Assembly: GCF_009914755.1 (NCBI RefSeq)
Contig: NC_060940.1
DNA: 64,000 bases
DNA from: the human T2T-CHM13v2.0 reference genome, Homo sapiens
Reading direction: 5' to 3' (one strand)
A program made the translations under genes and the position numbers. How positions within the stretch are numbered: position 1 is the first letter of the stretch; each line of letters opens with the position of its first letter. Shown piece after piece: positions 12,540-26,614 of this stretch. Below the pieces are notes generated by a model. It was not told where the DNA came from. It did no database searches and worked only from the letters and a program-made list of their open reading frames with translations.

Positions 12540-14575
12540 CTTTTAAAATAACATATTGAGTTTAAAATATATATTATATTTATGTATAACTATATATAAT
12601 TATGTACATATAAAATTATGTATATATAAATTTATAATCTTTTCCATTTTTAAGTGTACAGTTTAAATATTTTTACATATATATTTTCACCCTTCATCAC
12701 ACCTCCTACCCTCTCTCTTTCCCAGCCTGTAGTAACCACAAATCTACTTTCTATCTTCATGAGATCCACCTTTTAACTTCTTCATATGGGTGAAAATATG
12801 AAATATTTTTCTTTCTGTGCTTGGCTTATTTCATTTAACATAATGACTTCTAGTTCCATCCATGTTGCTACAAATGACAGGATTTCATTCTTTTTATTAC
12901 TGACTAATATTCCATGAAGTATATGTACCACATTTTCTTTATGCATTAATCTATTGATGGGCACTGATGTTGATTCCATATTTTGACTACTGTGAATAGT
13001 GTTGCAATAAACATGGGAGTGCAAATATCTCTTTTTTATATTGATTTCCTTTTTTTTTTTTTTGGATGTATGCCCAGTAATGGAATTACTGGATCACACA
13101 GAAGTTCCATTTTTAGATTTTTGAGGAACCTCCAAACTGTTCTCTATAGTGGCTGTACTGATTTACATTTCCACCAACAGCGTACGAGGGTTCCCCATTC
13201 TCTAATTCTTGCCAGCACCTGTTATTGCTTGTCTTTTTATGCAAGCTGTTTCAACCGGGGTGAGATAATATTGCATTGTGGTATTGATTTGCATTCTCTG
13301 ATGATTAGAGATATTGAATGTATTTTCATATAAATGTAGGCCATTTGTATGTCTTATTTTGGGAAATGTCTGCTCAGATCTTTTGCCCATTTCTAAATAG
13401 AATTATTTGCTTTTTGTTATTGAGTTGTTTGAGCTTCTTATATATTCTGGTCATTAATTCATTGTCAGAGGGATAGTTTGCAAATATTTTCTCTCATTCT
13501 GTGTGTTGTCTCTACATTTTGTTGATTGTTTTTTTGCTATTCAGAATCCTTTTAGCTTGACATAATCCCTATTGCCTATTTTTGCTTTGGTTGCCCATGC
13601 TTTTGAGGTCTTACACAAAATATCTTGGCTTAGATTAATGTCACAGAGCATTTCTCAAATTTTTCTTCTAGTAACTTCACAGCTTTCGGTCTTGGATTCA
13701 AGTCTTTACTTTCATTTGATGTTTGTGTATGGTGAGAGGTAGAGGTCTATTTTTATTCTTTTGCATATAGTTATCCAGTTTTCCTAGCACCATTTATTGA
13801 AAAACTACTTTTTTTTCATTGTAAGTTATTGGTGCAAGTTCTTGTTGGAGATGAGTCACTGGTAAATGCACAGGTTTATATCTGGGTTCTCTATTCTGTT
13901 TCATTGGTCCATGTGTCTGTTTGTTTTTTTTTTTTTTATGCCAGTACCATGCCGTTTTGATTACTACAGCTCTGTAATAACTTTTGAAATTAGGTAGCAG
14001 TGTGATGCTTCCAGCTTGGTTCTTTTTGCTCAGTATGGCTTTTTCTCTTCAGGGTCTTTTGTAGTTCCATTTCGATTTTAAGATTTCAAAAAAAATTTGT
14101 GAAGAATATCATTGGTATTTTACTAGGGATTGCATTAAATCTATAAATTGCTTTGGGTAGTATTGTCATATTAACAGTACTGATTCTTTCAATCCATGAA
14201 CATGAAATATCATTCTGTTTTTTTGTGTGTGTCCTACTTGTTTCATCAGAGTTTTATAGTCTTCCATGTATAGAGCTTTCACCTCTTTGGTTAGATTGAT
14301 TCCCAGGCATTTTATATTTTTTGTAGCTATTGTAAATGGGATTGCTTTCTTGACTTCTTTTTCAGATTGTTTGTTGTTAGGGCTTATGCATACTACTGAT
14401 TTTTGTATGTTGATTATGTGTCTTGCAACTTTACTGAACTTGTTTATCAATTCTAACAGTTTTTTGGTAGAGCTGTTAGGTTTCTCTAAGAATAAGATTA
14501 TATCTATGAACAAAGCTAATTTGATGTTTTTGTTTCAAATTTGGATGTCCCTTATTAATTTCTCTTGCCTAATTT
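12540..14575 (-). mobile_element. L1MA-type LINE, 3' 2 kb
   Basis: Minus ORFs 12782..13024 (ILSFVATWMELEVIML) and 14166..14513 (KKLLELINKFSKVA...INIQKSV...IPFTIATK) are L1 ORF2p homologous. L1MA-type 3' UTR. Confidence 0.92.
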
Positions 14576-14875
14576 TTTTGTTTGTTTAAGTGATGGTAAG
14601 TATTGCTATCCTTGTTTCATAGTTGAAAACTCCTAGGGCTAAGATGAGTTCAGTGAATCACCTGGGGTCATATGGCAAATAAGTGAAAAAGCCTAAGTCT
14701 GCAGCCTTCCTTATGTATTGAAGAACTTTTTTTTTTTTTTAAGAACTTCAAAATGACATATCTGAGTTTAGATGTCTAAAATAAGAGCTTTACTCAATAT
14801 TTGACATGGATTGACAACTCTAATCATCCCAATGATTTTGGTCTGTACATATGCCCTCAAAAATTGAGTCACTGT

Positions 14876-15219
<344 letters not shown>

Positions 15220-15310
15220 TCAGACTTTCTATTGATTAATCAGTTATTATTAGCTCATTTACTAGAGATTTTATGATGTGTCAGCCACTATACAAAGTGT
15301 TTTGTCAGTA

Positions 15311-15660
15311 TAGTCATGTGCCACATAATGACGTTTTTATTAATGACAGACAGCATATAAGACAGTGATCCCATAAGATTATAACACAAAATTTTTACTG
15401 TACCTTTTCTATGTTCATATATGTTTAGATACACAAATACCATTGTGATACAATTTGCTACTGTATTCAGTACAGTAACATCTTGTACAGGTTTGTAGCC
15501 TAGGATCAATCAGCTATACCCTAAGCCTGGGTACTTAGCAGGCTATGCTATCATCTAGATTTGTTTGTGTAAACACATTCTATAATATTTGCACAACAAT
15601 GAAATCACCTAACGACACATTTCTCAGAATGTATTCCCATCGTTAAGCAACACGTGACTG
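15311..15660 (+). mobile_element. Tigger3a/MER7A (Golem) non-autonomous DNA transposon
   Basis: TIRs (t/c)agtcatgtgccacataatga ... cgttaagcaacacgtgactg. TA target duplication on both sides (15309-10, 15661-62). 350 bp. Confidence 0.88.
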
Positions 15661-15747
15661 TATTATCTCATTTAATAACCCCAAAGCCCTATGAGGCAAT
15701 GTGATAGGCAGAATCTAAATACCCTTTTCTTCTCTCTGAAAAATACA

Positions 15748-15750
15748 TTT

Positions 15751-15822
<72 letters not shown>

Positions 15823-15823
15823 T
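15748..15823. repeat. (TTTC)n microsatellite, derived from an Alu tail
   Basis: About 18 TTTC units directly before gagacagg. Confidence 0.95.
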
Positions 15824-15957
15824 CGAGACAGGATCTCACTGTCACTCAGACTGGAGTGCAGTGGCACAATCATAGCTCACTGCAGCCTTGAACTCCTGGG
15901 CTCAAGTGATCCTCTCCCCTCAGTCTCCCAAAGTTCTAGGAGCCACAGCACCTGGCC
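15824..15957 (-). mobile_element. Alu monomer (FRAM-like or arm-recombinant AluJ)
   Basis: Right-arm body joined to a left-arm-like head (caaagt...agccac...cctggcc). TSD ctgaaaaatac (15736) / ctgaaaaagtac (15958). Confidence 0.8.
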
Positions 15958-16034
15958 CTGAAAAAGTACCTTCTTATACATTAATCTAGCTATTGCTATG
16001 AAGGAATTTAGTACATGGAATTAAGATTATTCTT

Positions 16035-16250
16035 GTAGATGAAATTAAGATTACTAATTAGCTGGCTTCAAAATAGAGAAATTCTTTTGGATAATCTAGG
16101 TTGGTCCAATGTAATTATATAAACCCTTAAAAACAGAAGAGGAAGGCAGAAGAGATGAAGAAAAAGGAGGAAAGAGAAATTCAAGGCATGAGAAAAAGTT
16201 GACCTGCTGCTGCTGGCTTTGATAATGAAAGACACCAGAAGCCTAGCTCT
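16035..16250 (+). mobile_element. MLT1D/E LTR fragment
   Basis: tggataatctaggttggtccaatgtaattatataaacccttaaaaacagaagaggaaggcagaaga resembles the MLT1E interior. Confidence 0.6.
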
Positions 16251-16299
16251 TCATCACTACAATGGACTCTCCCCTAGCTAATTTTTCTCAAGATTTTAT

Positions 16300-16884
16300 T
16301 ATTAATTAATTAATGTATTTATTTTTATCATACTTTAAGTTCTGGAGTACATGTGCAGAACGTGCAGGTTTGTTACATAGGTATACATGTGCCATGGTGG
16401 TTTGCTGCACCCCTCAACCCGTCATCTACATTAGGTATATAGCCTAATGCTATCCCTCCCCCCGCCCCCCATCCTCAGACAGGCACCGATGTGTGATGTT
16501 CCTCTCCCTGTGTCCATGTGTTCTCATTGTTCAACTCCCACTTATGAGTGAGAACATGCGGTGTTTGGCTTTCTGTCCTTGTGTTAGTTTGCTGAGATTG
16601 ATGGCTTCCAGCTTCATTCATGTCCCTGCAAAGACATGAACTCATCATTTTTTATGGCTGATTAGTATTCCATAATGTATATATGCCACATTTTCTTTAT
16701 CCAGTCTATCATTGCTGGGCATTTGGGTTGATTCCAAGTCTTTGCTATTGTGAACAGCGCCGCAATAAGCATATGTGTGCACGTGTCTTTATAGTAGCAT
16801 GATTTATAATCCTTTGGGTATATACCCAGTAATGGGATTGCTAGGTCAAATGGTATTTCTAGTTCTATATCCTTGAGGAATCAC
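16300..16884 (-). mobile_element. L1PA (about PA5-7) 3' segment of a 5'-inverted insertion
   Basis: Reverse complement of L1 3' UTR and ORF2 C-terminus, up to ccttgaggaatcac. T-rich tail at left. Confidence 0.93.
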
Positions 16885-17631
16885 TTCAATAAAATACTGG
16901 CAAACCGAATACAGCAGTGCATCAAAAAGCTTGTCCACCACGATCAAGCCGGCTTCATCCCTGGGATGCAAGCCTGGTTCAACATATGCAAATCAATAAA
17001 CGTAATCCATCACATAAAAAGAACCAATGACAAAAACCACATGATTATCTCAATAGATGCAGAAAAGGCCTTCGACAAAATTCAACAGCCCTTCATGATA
17101 CAAACTCAATAAACTAGGTATTGATGGAATGTATCTCAAAATAATAAGAGCTATTTATGACAAACCCAAGCCAATATCATACTAAATGGGCAAAAACTGG
17201 AAGCATTCCTTTTGAAAACTGGCACAGGACAGGGATGCCCTCTCTCACCACTCCTATTCAACATAGTATTGGAAGTTCTGGTCAAGGCAATCAGGCAAGA
17301 GAAAGAAATAAAGGGTAATCAATTAGGAAAAGAGGAAGTCAAATTGTCTCTGTTTGCAGATGACATGATTGTGTATTTAGAAAACCCCATCATCTCAGCC
17401 CAAAATCTCCTTAAGCTGATAAGCAACTTCAGCAAAGTCTCCGGATACAAAATCAATGTGCAAAAATCACAAGCATTCCTATACTCCAGTAACAGACAAA
17501 CAGAGAGCCAAATCACGAGTGAACTCCTATTCACAAGTGCTATAAAGAGAATAAAATACCTAGGAATCCAACTTACAAGGGATATGAAGGACCTCTTCAA
17601 GGAGAACTACAAACCACTGCTCAATGAAATG
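16885..17631 (+). mobile_element. Inverted L1PA ORF2 reverse-transcriptase segment (same insertion)
   Basis: ORFs 16873..17112 and 17212..17721 give [10 protein letters not shown]...[11 protein letters not shown] and [10 protein letters not shown]...[15 protein letters not shown], frameshifted. TSD aagattttat (16290) / aagactttat (17632). Confidence 0.95.
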
Positions 17632-18699
17632 AAGACTTTATATATAAGTCATATAATCATACGACTAAGGAACGTGATAGCAGCCTCCAAATATAACATA
17701 TTTCAAGGCCTCCAAATATAAGGATTTTAAATTATTTTTCTGAACCAAGAGCCTCTGGAACTATAGCAGTGCATGATTCTATTGTTAGTATTACTTTGCT
17801 TTGAAAACAAATATTTTGATGTAGATACAATTAAAAAGAAACTCTTGCAAGATCATGTTTATTCTTCAAACCACAGATTCAAATAGTTACTATTTTTTTC
17901 CTTCATGTTCACAGTACTGTTAATAAAATTTTCTCCATGGGTTGGTACACTTGAATTGGCATTTTGAGAGATACAGAGGGAGAGATATTGGTGCAAATAG
18001 GAAAAGGAATGAAACAGGATATTTATATTGGTTTTAAACATTTTAACATTCATCGTGTGTCATTTTTAACTGACTGATGAAAGGTAAAGATGTCAGAATT
18101 TTTCATTTCATGAAACAGCGTGCAGTGTTTGCTATCCTGGAAATTGTTAGTTTTCTAAAGTACAAATATTCTGTTTCATTTTGTTTCCAATTTAGGTTCA
18201 TGTCTTCCCCATGGCATCTCACGTGGTACAAATTGATATGCGCATTTTTTCAATAATAATAATTTCAATGCTAACTAGGATGTGGTAAGGACTTACCATC
18301 ACCTGCAAACTTACAATATACTCTCTGCTTCTTGCACACTAAATTGATGAATAAGACCTATTTGTAATTGTGGGTAAGAGATGACAGACAATAAACTTTT
18401 TAAAAAGTTTGACTATTAAACAGACATTAAATCAAAAGGAAATTAAATGTTTATTTTTGGGAAAAAAGAGCTCAGATTCTATCTGTATCTTTTGCCAGTG
18501 TCCCCTGGTCCTGGTCCAACCTAAGGGAACTATTCTCAGTTCCCTAAAACTTCATATATATGAAATTTTACTTTCATATGCAATTTTTGTATAAAAATTA
18601 ATATATTTTTATATATTATGTAAAACATTGAAAAGGATATATATTATATATTTTTAATAACTATGGCTCACTCATGCTATTACTTTGGCTGCAAATATA

Positions 18700-19265
18700 A
18701 TTGTAGGTTGAATCATTTATTCCCAATTCTTCATTTCTTCCCTTCTCTCTTTTTGCCATGGACTTTTAATAACATCCAACAGAATAGGATGAATTTAACA
18801 TATGATCCTATGGGTATTGGATTGTCCAAGTGACTCTGGACAATAAAATATGGGTGCAGTTGGCACTATGACATTTCTGGGCTCGGACCTTAAGAGATAC
18901 CATGGTACCCTGCTCATTCTTTTGCCTTTCTATTGCTGTTAAGAGAAGCACTTCCTTTGTGCAGCTGCTGCCCTTCTGCATGGGTTCCAGAGTAAACGTA
19001 TGGATTAGGTTTAAACATAGCGCAACAGTAATGAGGAAAGCCCAGCTTTCCCTGTAGCTTGAAGCAGAGCCAACCATCTAGGCTCAGCCAGGATCAGACT
19101 ACCCCAAAACAACCTGAAAATGGTTAGATGGGTCCAGCAGAGATCATGAGAGTTGGCTCAGCTTAACTACATACAAGGGAAATAATCAATGCTTATTCTT
19201 GTATGCCATTGGGATGTTATGACTGTATACCATGCAGCATTGTTGCAGAAATAGCTAACAGATAC
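18700..19265 (+). mobile_element. Old MaLR LTR (MLT1H/I/J-like)
   Basis: 3' end aatgcttattcttgtatgccattggga...gcagcattgttgcagaaatagctaacagatac is typical of MLT1H-J. Confidence 0.65.
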
Positions 19266-19439
19266 GAATACCTTTTACCATGTGTATATTTGAGTAAACT
19301 ATGTTTTAATCTGCCCAAGTCACACCCAAAGTTTTCTCCAACTTTGATCCTTCTCAATCTCAAATGTAGTTTTTTTTGTGTGTGCCCACATGTCCGTAAT
19401 AATATTCATTATACTTTACTGAAATTTGTTGCTCATGCA

Positions 19440-19570
19440 TTTATCTCTCTCAGTAGAGGATAAGTTACTGGAAGGCAAGGAATGTGTCTTATGTATCTTT
19501 GGAGATACAACCTAGCAGAGCACCTCACATGTAGCTGGTGTTTAAATAGACTTTTCTAAATGATGGAATG
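19440..19570 (+). mobile_element. L2 3' end fragment
   Basis: taagttactggaaggcaaggaatgtgtctt...cctagcagagcacctcacatgtag. Confidence 0.55.
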
Positions 19571-20251
19571 GATAGATCAATGCCTTTTCCAGTTATTTGA
19601 TGTCACATGATATTTGGGTATTTAATGTGCTACATATTTATCTGGAAAAGTTTCTAGTTGGAAGGAAGGTGAGACTATCTAAACTATTCAAACATGGGTA
19701 GTAATGTCTATTTCTTGTCATCAGTGGAAGCACACTTTGGAGTGAACTCCTAGATTCCAGAAAAATCTGCCTTCTCTTTTTTTTTGCTCCAACGCCATAG
19801 AGTGAGCTGAGCTGTAGAGTTTTCCTTCCTAATGGTGTGTAATTTCGTGGTGTTTCACAAATTACAAATTCTGTGATTTCACTCATTATGCATTTTAGCA
19901 TTAGGAGTTTGGATCTCAGGGTAGGATTGGAAAAACAATGATTGGGCTGCTATTTGCTATGCATGTTAGGAATATAAGGGAATCAACTGAAAGAGGTGGA
20001 ATCATGACCAGCAAACTTGTGAAGAAAAACAAGTAGAATTGGGGCTTTCTCTTAACTGAGTACCTGACCAAAAATTTGGGGCTGAATTTAAGCCAGAGTA
20101 GATCAAATTCTAGGTAGAGACTGTAAAGAGTAGTCGGTACAATGTCAAACAGTTCATAGGACCTCTAGGAAAGCCAGTAATTGATTTCTAGGGTTTTTAC
20201 TTTCAAACATTTCTAGTTTTGGTAAATTATGATCAGAGTGACATTTGTAAT

Positions 20252-20597
20252 TGTATTAGTCCACTTTCATACTGTTGTGAAGAAATACCTGAGACAGGGT
20301 AATTTATAAAGAAAAAGAGATTTAATAGACTAACAGTTGCACATGGCTTAGGAGGCCACACAATCATGGCAGAAGGTGAAGGAGGAGAAAAGGCATGTCT
20401 TACATGGTGGCAGGCAAGAGAGTGTGCAGGGGAACTGCCCTTTATAAAACCATCATATCCCATGAGACTTATTCACTATCAGGAGAACAGCACAGGAATA
20501 ACCTGCCCCCATGATTCAATTACCTCCCACAAGGTCCCTCCCAGGACATGTGGAAATTATAAGAACTACAATTCGAGATGAGATTTGGGTGGGGAGA
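20252..20597 (-). mobile_element. THE1 (B/C-like) solo LTR, lacking about 18 nt of its 5' terminus
   Basis: tgtattagtcc...aatcatggcagaaggtgaagga...gagatgagatttgggtgggga. The expected cagccaaaccatatca is absent. Confidence 0.9.
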
Positions 20598-21129
20598 TTT
20601 AATACTTTTTTTTTGTTATATTTAAATTATCTTAAATGTTTGTGTGCTTGAGAAAAAGGTGTATTCTTTATTAGCAGGGCATATAGAACAATATATATAT
20701 AGATTGTGTTGAATAGGTCATCCAAATTCTTGTTTTATTTATATATTTTTGTTTACTCAATGTCTTATACTGATAGCAATTTAAGTCTCCTATTACTAAA
20801 GTTTTAACATCTATGATTCTGTGAGTCTCTTGTTTTTTATTTATATAGGTGGTTGCTATGTTATGTGGTGCATAGATGTTTATTCTTATTCATTATGAAT
20901 TGTCATATTTTCATTAAATATGCTTTTCTTTGAATGTATAATGTGATTAGGTATGTATTCTACTTTTATTATCACTGTCATTACCCCTGCTTTCTTATTG
21001 CTTTTTAAATTTTTTTTCTAATATATCTTAACACTTACTCTTTAGTCTTTTTCAATGCAAGTATTCAGTTTCTTTTGTGTGCCTTTTATAAACAGCATAT
21101 AGCTGAGTCTTTGTAAATCAGATTATAGT

Positions 21130-21502
21130 TTCTCTCTTTCTCTCTTCTTTCTTTCTCTCTCTCTCTCTTTTCTTTCTTTCTTTCTTTCTTCTTTTTTTCT
21201 CTTTTTTGAGACAGAGAGTCTCACTCTGTCACCAAGGCTGAAGGATAGTGTTGTGATCACTACTCACTGCAGCCTCAAACTCCTGGACTCAAGTAATCCT
21301 TCCCCATCTATCTCCCAAGTAGCTGGGACTACAGGTGTGCACCACCATGCCTGGATACTTTTTTGATCTTTCATTTTGTTTTGTTTTGAGACGGGGTCTC
21401 CCTTTGTTGCCCAGGCTGGTCTCAAAGTCTTGAGCTCAAGCAATGCTCCTGCCTTGGCCTTCCAAAGTGCTGGAATTATAGGCATGAGCTACCATGTCAG
21501 GC
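21130..21502 (-). mobile_element. AluJ with CT/TTTC-rich tail
   Basis: Dimer with J features (cagcctcaaactcctggactcaagtaatcct). Confidence 0.9.
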
Positions 21503-21534
21503 AAAATCTTTTCTTTTGTAAATAGGTGAGTTAA

Positions 21535-22297
<763 letters not shown>

Positions 22298-23644
22298 AAA
22301 TTGGTGAGTTAAACCCATTAGCATTTATTGAAAAGATTAATGTGTTTGGCCTCAACTCTGCCATATTATCTTAGTTTATAATTAATACTTAGACAAATAG
22401 TTTATGTTTTTTCTCTATACAATATATTTTCTTTAATTTTAAAATTTTTAATTTATTATAGTATTTAGGAAGCTTTGTGGTTTTGCTTTATTGAATATCT
22501 TATACTTTTTAAAATGCCCTTTATCCCCTATTTTCATGTTCAAAATATTTCCATTTGGTTTGTCATTTATCTGTGACATCCTTTAACTCACATTTATTTC
22601 TTATAAAATAGCCAAATCATTTAGTCTACTTTCCATTCTTCTTTACTTTTCTCTTTCCATTTTTCAGTGGCATGATTTCTACTTGGTCAGAATATAAAAT
22701 GGATAAACTATATATCATATAGCATATTATTCTTTTACTCCCTGCCCACCTTAATCTCTTACAAATGCAATAACTAAGATCAAATGTGAATATCAATTTG
22801 TATATTAATAAACTTTGCTCTTTATTAATCCTTTGCTCAGTTTCCCCAGGCATCTTTTGGTTGGATACAGTTTGTGTTCTAGTAGACTTTTCAAGGAGGG
22901 CTCACGGTTTCAGAATTCTTCGAGTTCTTTTGTCTAACATTTTTGTAAATAGCCTTGATACTTGATGGACAGTTCTGTTGATAACAAACTGAAGGAAAAA
23001 AAAATGTAATGCCAGCTTTATTTCAGGCTTTCTTTCCCAGCATTGATTGAAAATGCTTCTCCTCTTTGCCTCGTTTTGTATTTTGGTCTAAGGCCAATCA
23101 CTCTTTTTCCCTTGTGAAATATTTTATCTTTCTGCTGAAGGTCCTAAGGATGGTCTAAAAATCTCTACAGACTATGATCTTTACTTGTATATATCATAGA
23201 GTTTATCATTGCAGGTCAATTTTTACAGGCACCCCACAGACCCTATAAATATGTTGATACAAATTTTCTTTTATTTCTGGAAAGTGTTCTTGTATAATCA
23301 TTTTAATCGTTTTGTTTTTTATCTTAGCTTCCTCAGGGACTCTAAATATACAGATGTTATTTTTTCTTTGTCTTCAATTTCAAACATTTTTTCTTACATC
23401 ATTTTAATTTACTTACCACATTTTCAATGCATTGTTTTCCTGTCTACTTCAGTGCCTTTTTAATGTTTTCATTCAAATTTCTTTTTACCTTAAGTACTGC
23501 ATAAGTTAGTTGTAATTTCTAATATGACTTTGTCTTTTTTTTTCTGTTTTCTTCCAGGAATCAATCAATTTATATTTTATTTCTTCCTTTTTTTGTCCAT
23601 TTCTATTTTTGCTTTTTGAAGTTCTGATGCAAATTGTCTTCTCA

Positions 23645-23957
23645 GTCCATGCTTGGTGGCTCACACCTGTAACCCCAGCACTATGGGAGGCCAAGGCAGG
23701 AGGATTGCTTGGGACTAAGAGTTTGAGAGCAACCTGAGCAACATAGTGGGACCCTGTTTCTACAAATAATAATAAGAAGAAAAATAGCCAAGCATGATGA
23801 CGGGCGCCTATGGTCCCAGCTACTCGAGAGGCTGAGGTGGGAGGATCGCCTGAGCCCGGGGAGTTCGAGGCTGCAGTGAGCTGTGATCCTGCCACTGCAT
23901 TCTAGCATGGGTGGCAGAGTGAGACCCTGTCTCAAACACACACACACACACACACCT
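23645..23957 (+). mobile_element. AluJ with (CA)n tail
   Basis: Dimer. TSD caaattgtcttctca (23630-44) / caaattatcttctca (23958-72). Confidence 0.92.
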
Positions 23958-24062
23958 CAAATTATCTTCTCACATCTCCCAATACTTACTTGAATATATT
24001 TATTTCAGGTTTGAATGTTATATTTCAGGTATTTAAATATATAGACTGTCTCTCTGTATAAA

Positions 24063-24252
24063 TTCAGTATATATATATGTATTCAGTATATATATATATA
24101 TGTATACACACATTCAGTGTATATATATATATTCAGTATATATATATTCAGTATATATATATATTCAGTATATATATATATTCAGTATATATATATATTC
24201 AGTATATATATATATATATTCAGTATATATATATATATATATATATATTCAG

Positions 24253-24301
<49 letters not shown>
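24063..24301. repeat. Compound repeat: 10 x [TTCAG(TA)n] followed by (GA)n
   Basis: TTCAG at about 24063, 24082, 24113, 24132, 24147, 24164, 24181, 24198, 24219 and 24248. About 17 GA units from 24268. Confidence 0.92.
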
Positions 24302-24303
<2 letters not shown>

Positions 24304-24997
24304 CTGACGAACCCCCTCCAGTAGACACTGTTCACTCTGCGTTTCTATGGTCAGACAGTTTTGGAATGGTTTGTAAGATTCCTAGTTCAAGAGTGCCCTC
24401 TATCGTCAGAGTAGCAAAGTACGTTTCCTTCCAGTTTGGGAGGAGAGGGAGGGGCTGGGGGAGAGGTTGTGTTTTCTTTGATACCTTTTACTCTATTTTA
24501 TCTTGCAACATCCTGAACTTTCTCTTCTTGCTTTTCTTTCTTTCCTATGCAGTTTTCAAAGGGTGACTCTCCTTTTCTTTTCACCCATTTCTGCCCACAA
24601 AGCCCTTTTTAGCCTTTTTCCTATATTCAGTGCTTTGATCTACTTATATGCTTTTTCATCATTTTCACACAGAAGGTAGACTTTCTCTATATAATATGGC
24701 TTTAGGAAAAAATTAAAGACCCAAAGATACCTCTTCGCTTTTCTCTTCAACAGTTTTTTTTTTTTTTCAAACTTTACTTGCGTTTTCAAATTCTTCTGGC
24801 CAGAAACAGAGAAAGCTGGCAAGAATTGGGCATTATTGTTCTACCTACAGGCAATTACATTTTAGCTGTTCACTCTCTTAATGTTATGTGGGCAGCTTGG
24901 ATTTCTGTAGTTTTATTTATTCTTGTAGTTCTTTACTGCTTCTGTTACTGCCCTGGTTGGGTACATTAAATTTACAAGCCTGATATTGCCTTGGCAA

Positions 24998-25353
24998 TAT
25001 CTTAGTCAGTTTCAGCTGCCATAACAAATTACCATAGGCTGGCTAGCTTAGGCAAAAACCACTTATTTCTCACAGTTTTGGAGGCTGGAAGCCTCAGCTC
25101 AGGATGTCCGCATCATTCATGCTGGTGAAGGTCCTCTTCCAGTTGCAGACAGCCGACTTCTTGTATCTTTACACGGCACAAAGAGGGCAAGCAAGTAGTT
25201 CTCTGATATCTTCTTATAGGGGCATTAATCCCATCCATGAGGGCTCCACCCTCATGACCTAATTACATTCCAAAGGCTCCAACTCTGGATGCCATCCCAT
25301 TGGGGATTAGAGTCCAACATATAAATTTGGGGGAAACACAAACAGTCATAACA
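24998..25353 (-). mobile_element. MLT1A/A0 solo LTR
   Basis: tatcttagtcagtttcagctgccataacaaattaccatagg...gagggctccaccctcatgacctaattac...cataaca. Confidence 0.85.
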
Positions 25354-26487
25354 GCTACCTGGAATTACCTGCCTAATAATTTTTTAGTGGGCATTGGGCA
25401 TAGTGACTCACATTGATGAGGGTCTGGATTGTGTTGTCTTCCTTTAAACACGTTGAATATTGTTTTTTGGAGCAGTTTGAGACTTCCTAGGTTTGCTTGT
25501 GTTTAAATATTGTTAGTGTTTGTCTACCATATTTCTTATTCTGGAGACAGTTTTGCCCTGCTACTAAGGTGTGACTCATCTGGTGCCTACTGGATACCCT
25601 AGATGTACAAGGAGCCAACTCTACTCTGACTAGTCAGAAGTAAAAAGACTCACAGCCTTATGTGAGCTCTGGGAATTGTTTATATTTTAGCTTTCTGATA
25701 GCGTACCTTTGCCTGGGTTTACAAAATTATCCCCTACACATATGCACCTTTGTATTGAATAACATATTCATAAAACATTTTGCAAATTTCTGTAGCTCTC
25801 TTTCTGCATAGCTCTATCCTTTCCAGTATTCTGCATTAAAAATCTACCTTAGCCTACCTTAAATCTGATATTTGCCTCCAAATCCCAAGAATATTGCCTA
25901 GCGATGCTGGGGTTCCTCCTCCCTGTACTGGATCTAAAAAGTTTTCCAGGCTGAAAGCTGGGGAAACTGTAAGGTTCACTTCATTTATTTCCTGTCTCTC
26001 AGGTATAATAATCCTATGCTGTCTGTTCTACAATGTCTGACAAAATTTGTTTCATGAATTTTGTCTAGTTTCCTTGTTTCAATTAAAGACCTGAATCAGT
26101 TACCCCATTATATTAAAAGTGGAAAATTTGGACTGCATTAATTTTTAAAAGCTTTATAGCTGACATTAATGTGAAACTAGTTTTAGGAACCACTACTTCA
26201 GCTTCATAAGGAGTGATAAGATAAAAGAACATAATGATTATCTTGATAATTGGGAATGCTATAAATAGCTAATAGCCATTGAGTGTTTATTGCACTGTAA
26301 CTGTTCCAAGAACTTTGAAGATGAATTAATCAATATTTATCTTTCAGGTTCCCTTTAACAATTCAATCAAGTCCAAGTAGAAGTGAAAGCTGGGTGATAT
26401 ATTGGGAAAATATGTGCAGGGACCAGACCTAGGGAATCAAGTTGGACACCAGGACACATATTCTCACTCCTTTCATTTCTCCCATTC

Positions 26488-26606
26488 CCTCCTCCTCCTG
26501 CTGCTCCTCCTCATCCTCCTCCTCCTCCTCCTGCTGAACCTCCTCTCCTCCTTCTTCTTTTTTTTCCTTCTTCTCTCCTCTCCACCTCCCTACACATACA
26601 CACACA
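26488..26606. repeat. (CCT)n/(CTT)n pyrimidine-rich low complexity plus short (CA)n
   Basis: Read directly. Produces the poly-Leu ORF 26402..26632. Confidence 0.85.
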
Positions 26607-26614
26607 CAGTATAT

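Noticed and set aside
17212-17721. 169-aa ORF with a reverse-transcriptase FADD motif as a novel RT or retron-like system
   Set aside because: It is a frameshifted, truncated fragment of LINE-1 ORF2p inside a TSD-bounded insertion.
24063-24267. CRISPR-like repeat/spacer pattern
   Set aside because: The repeat is only 5 bp, the spacers are (TA)n, the context is primate and there are no cas genes.
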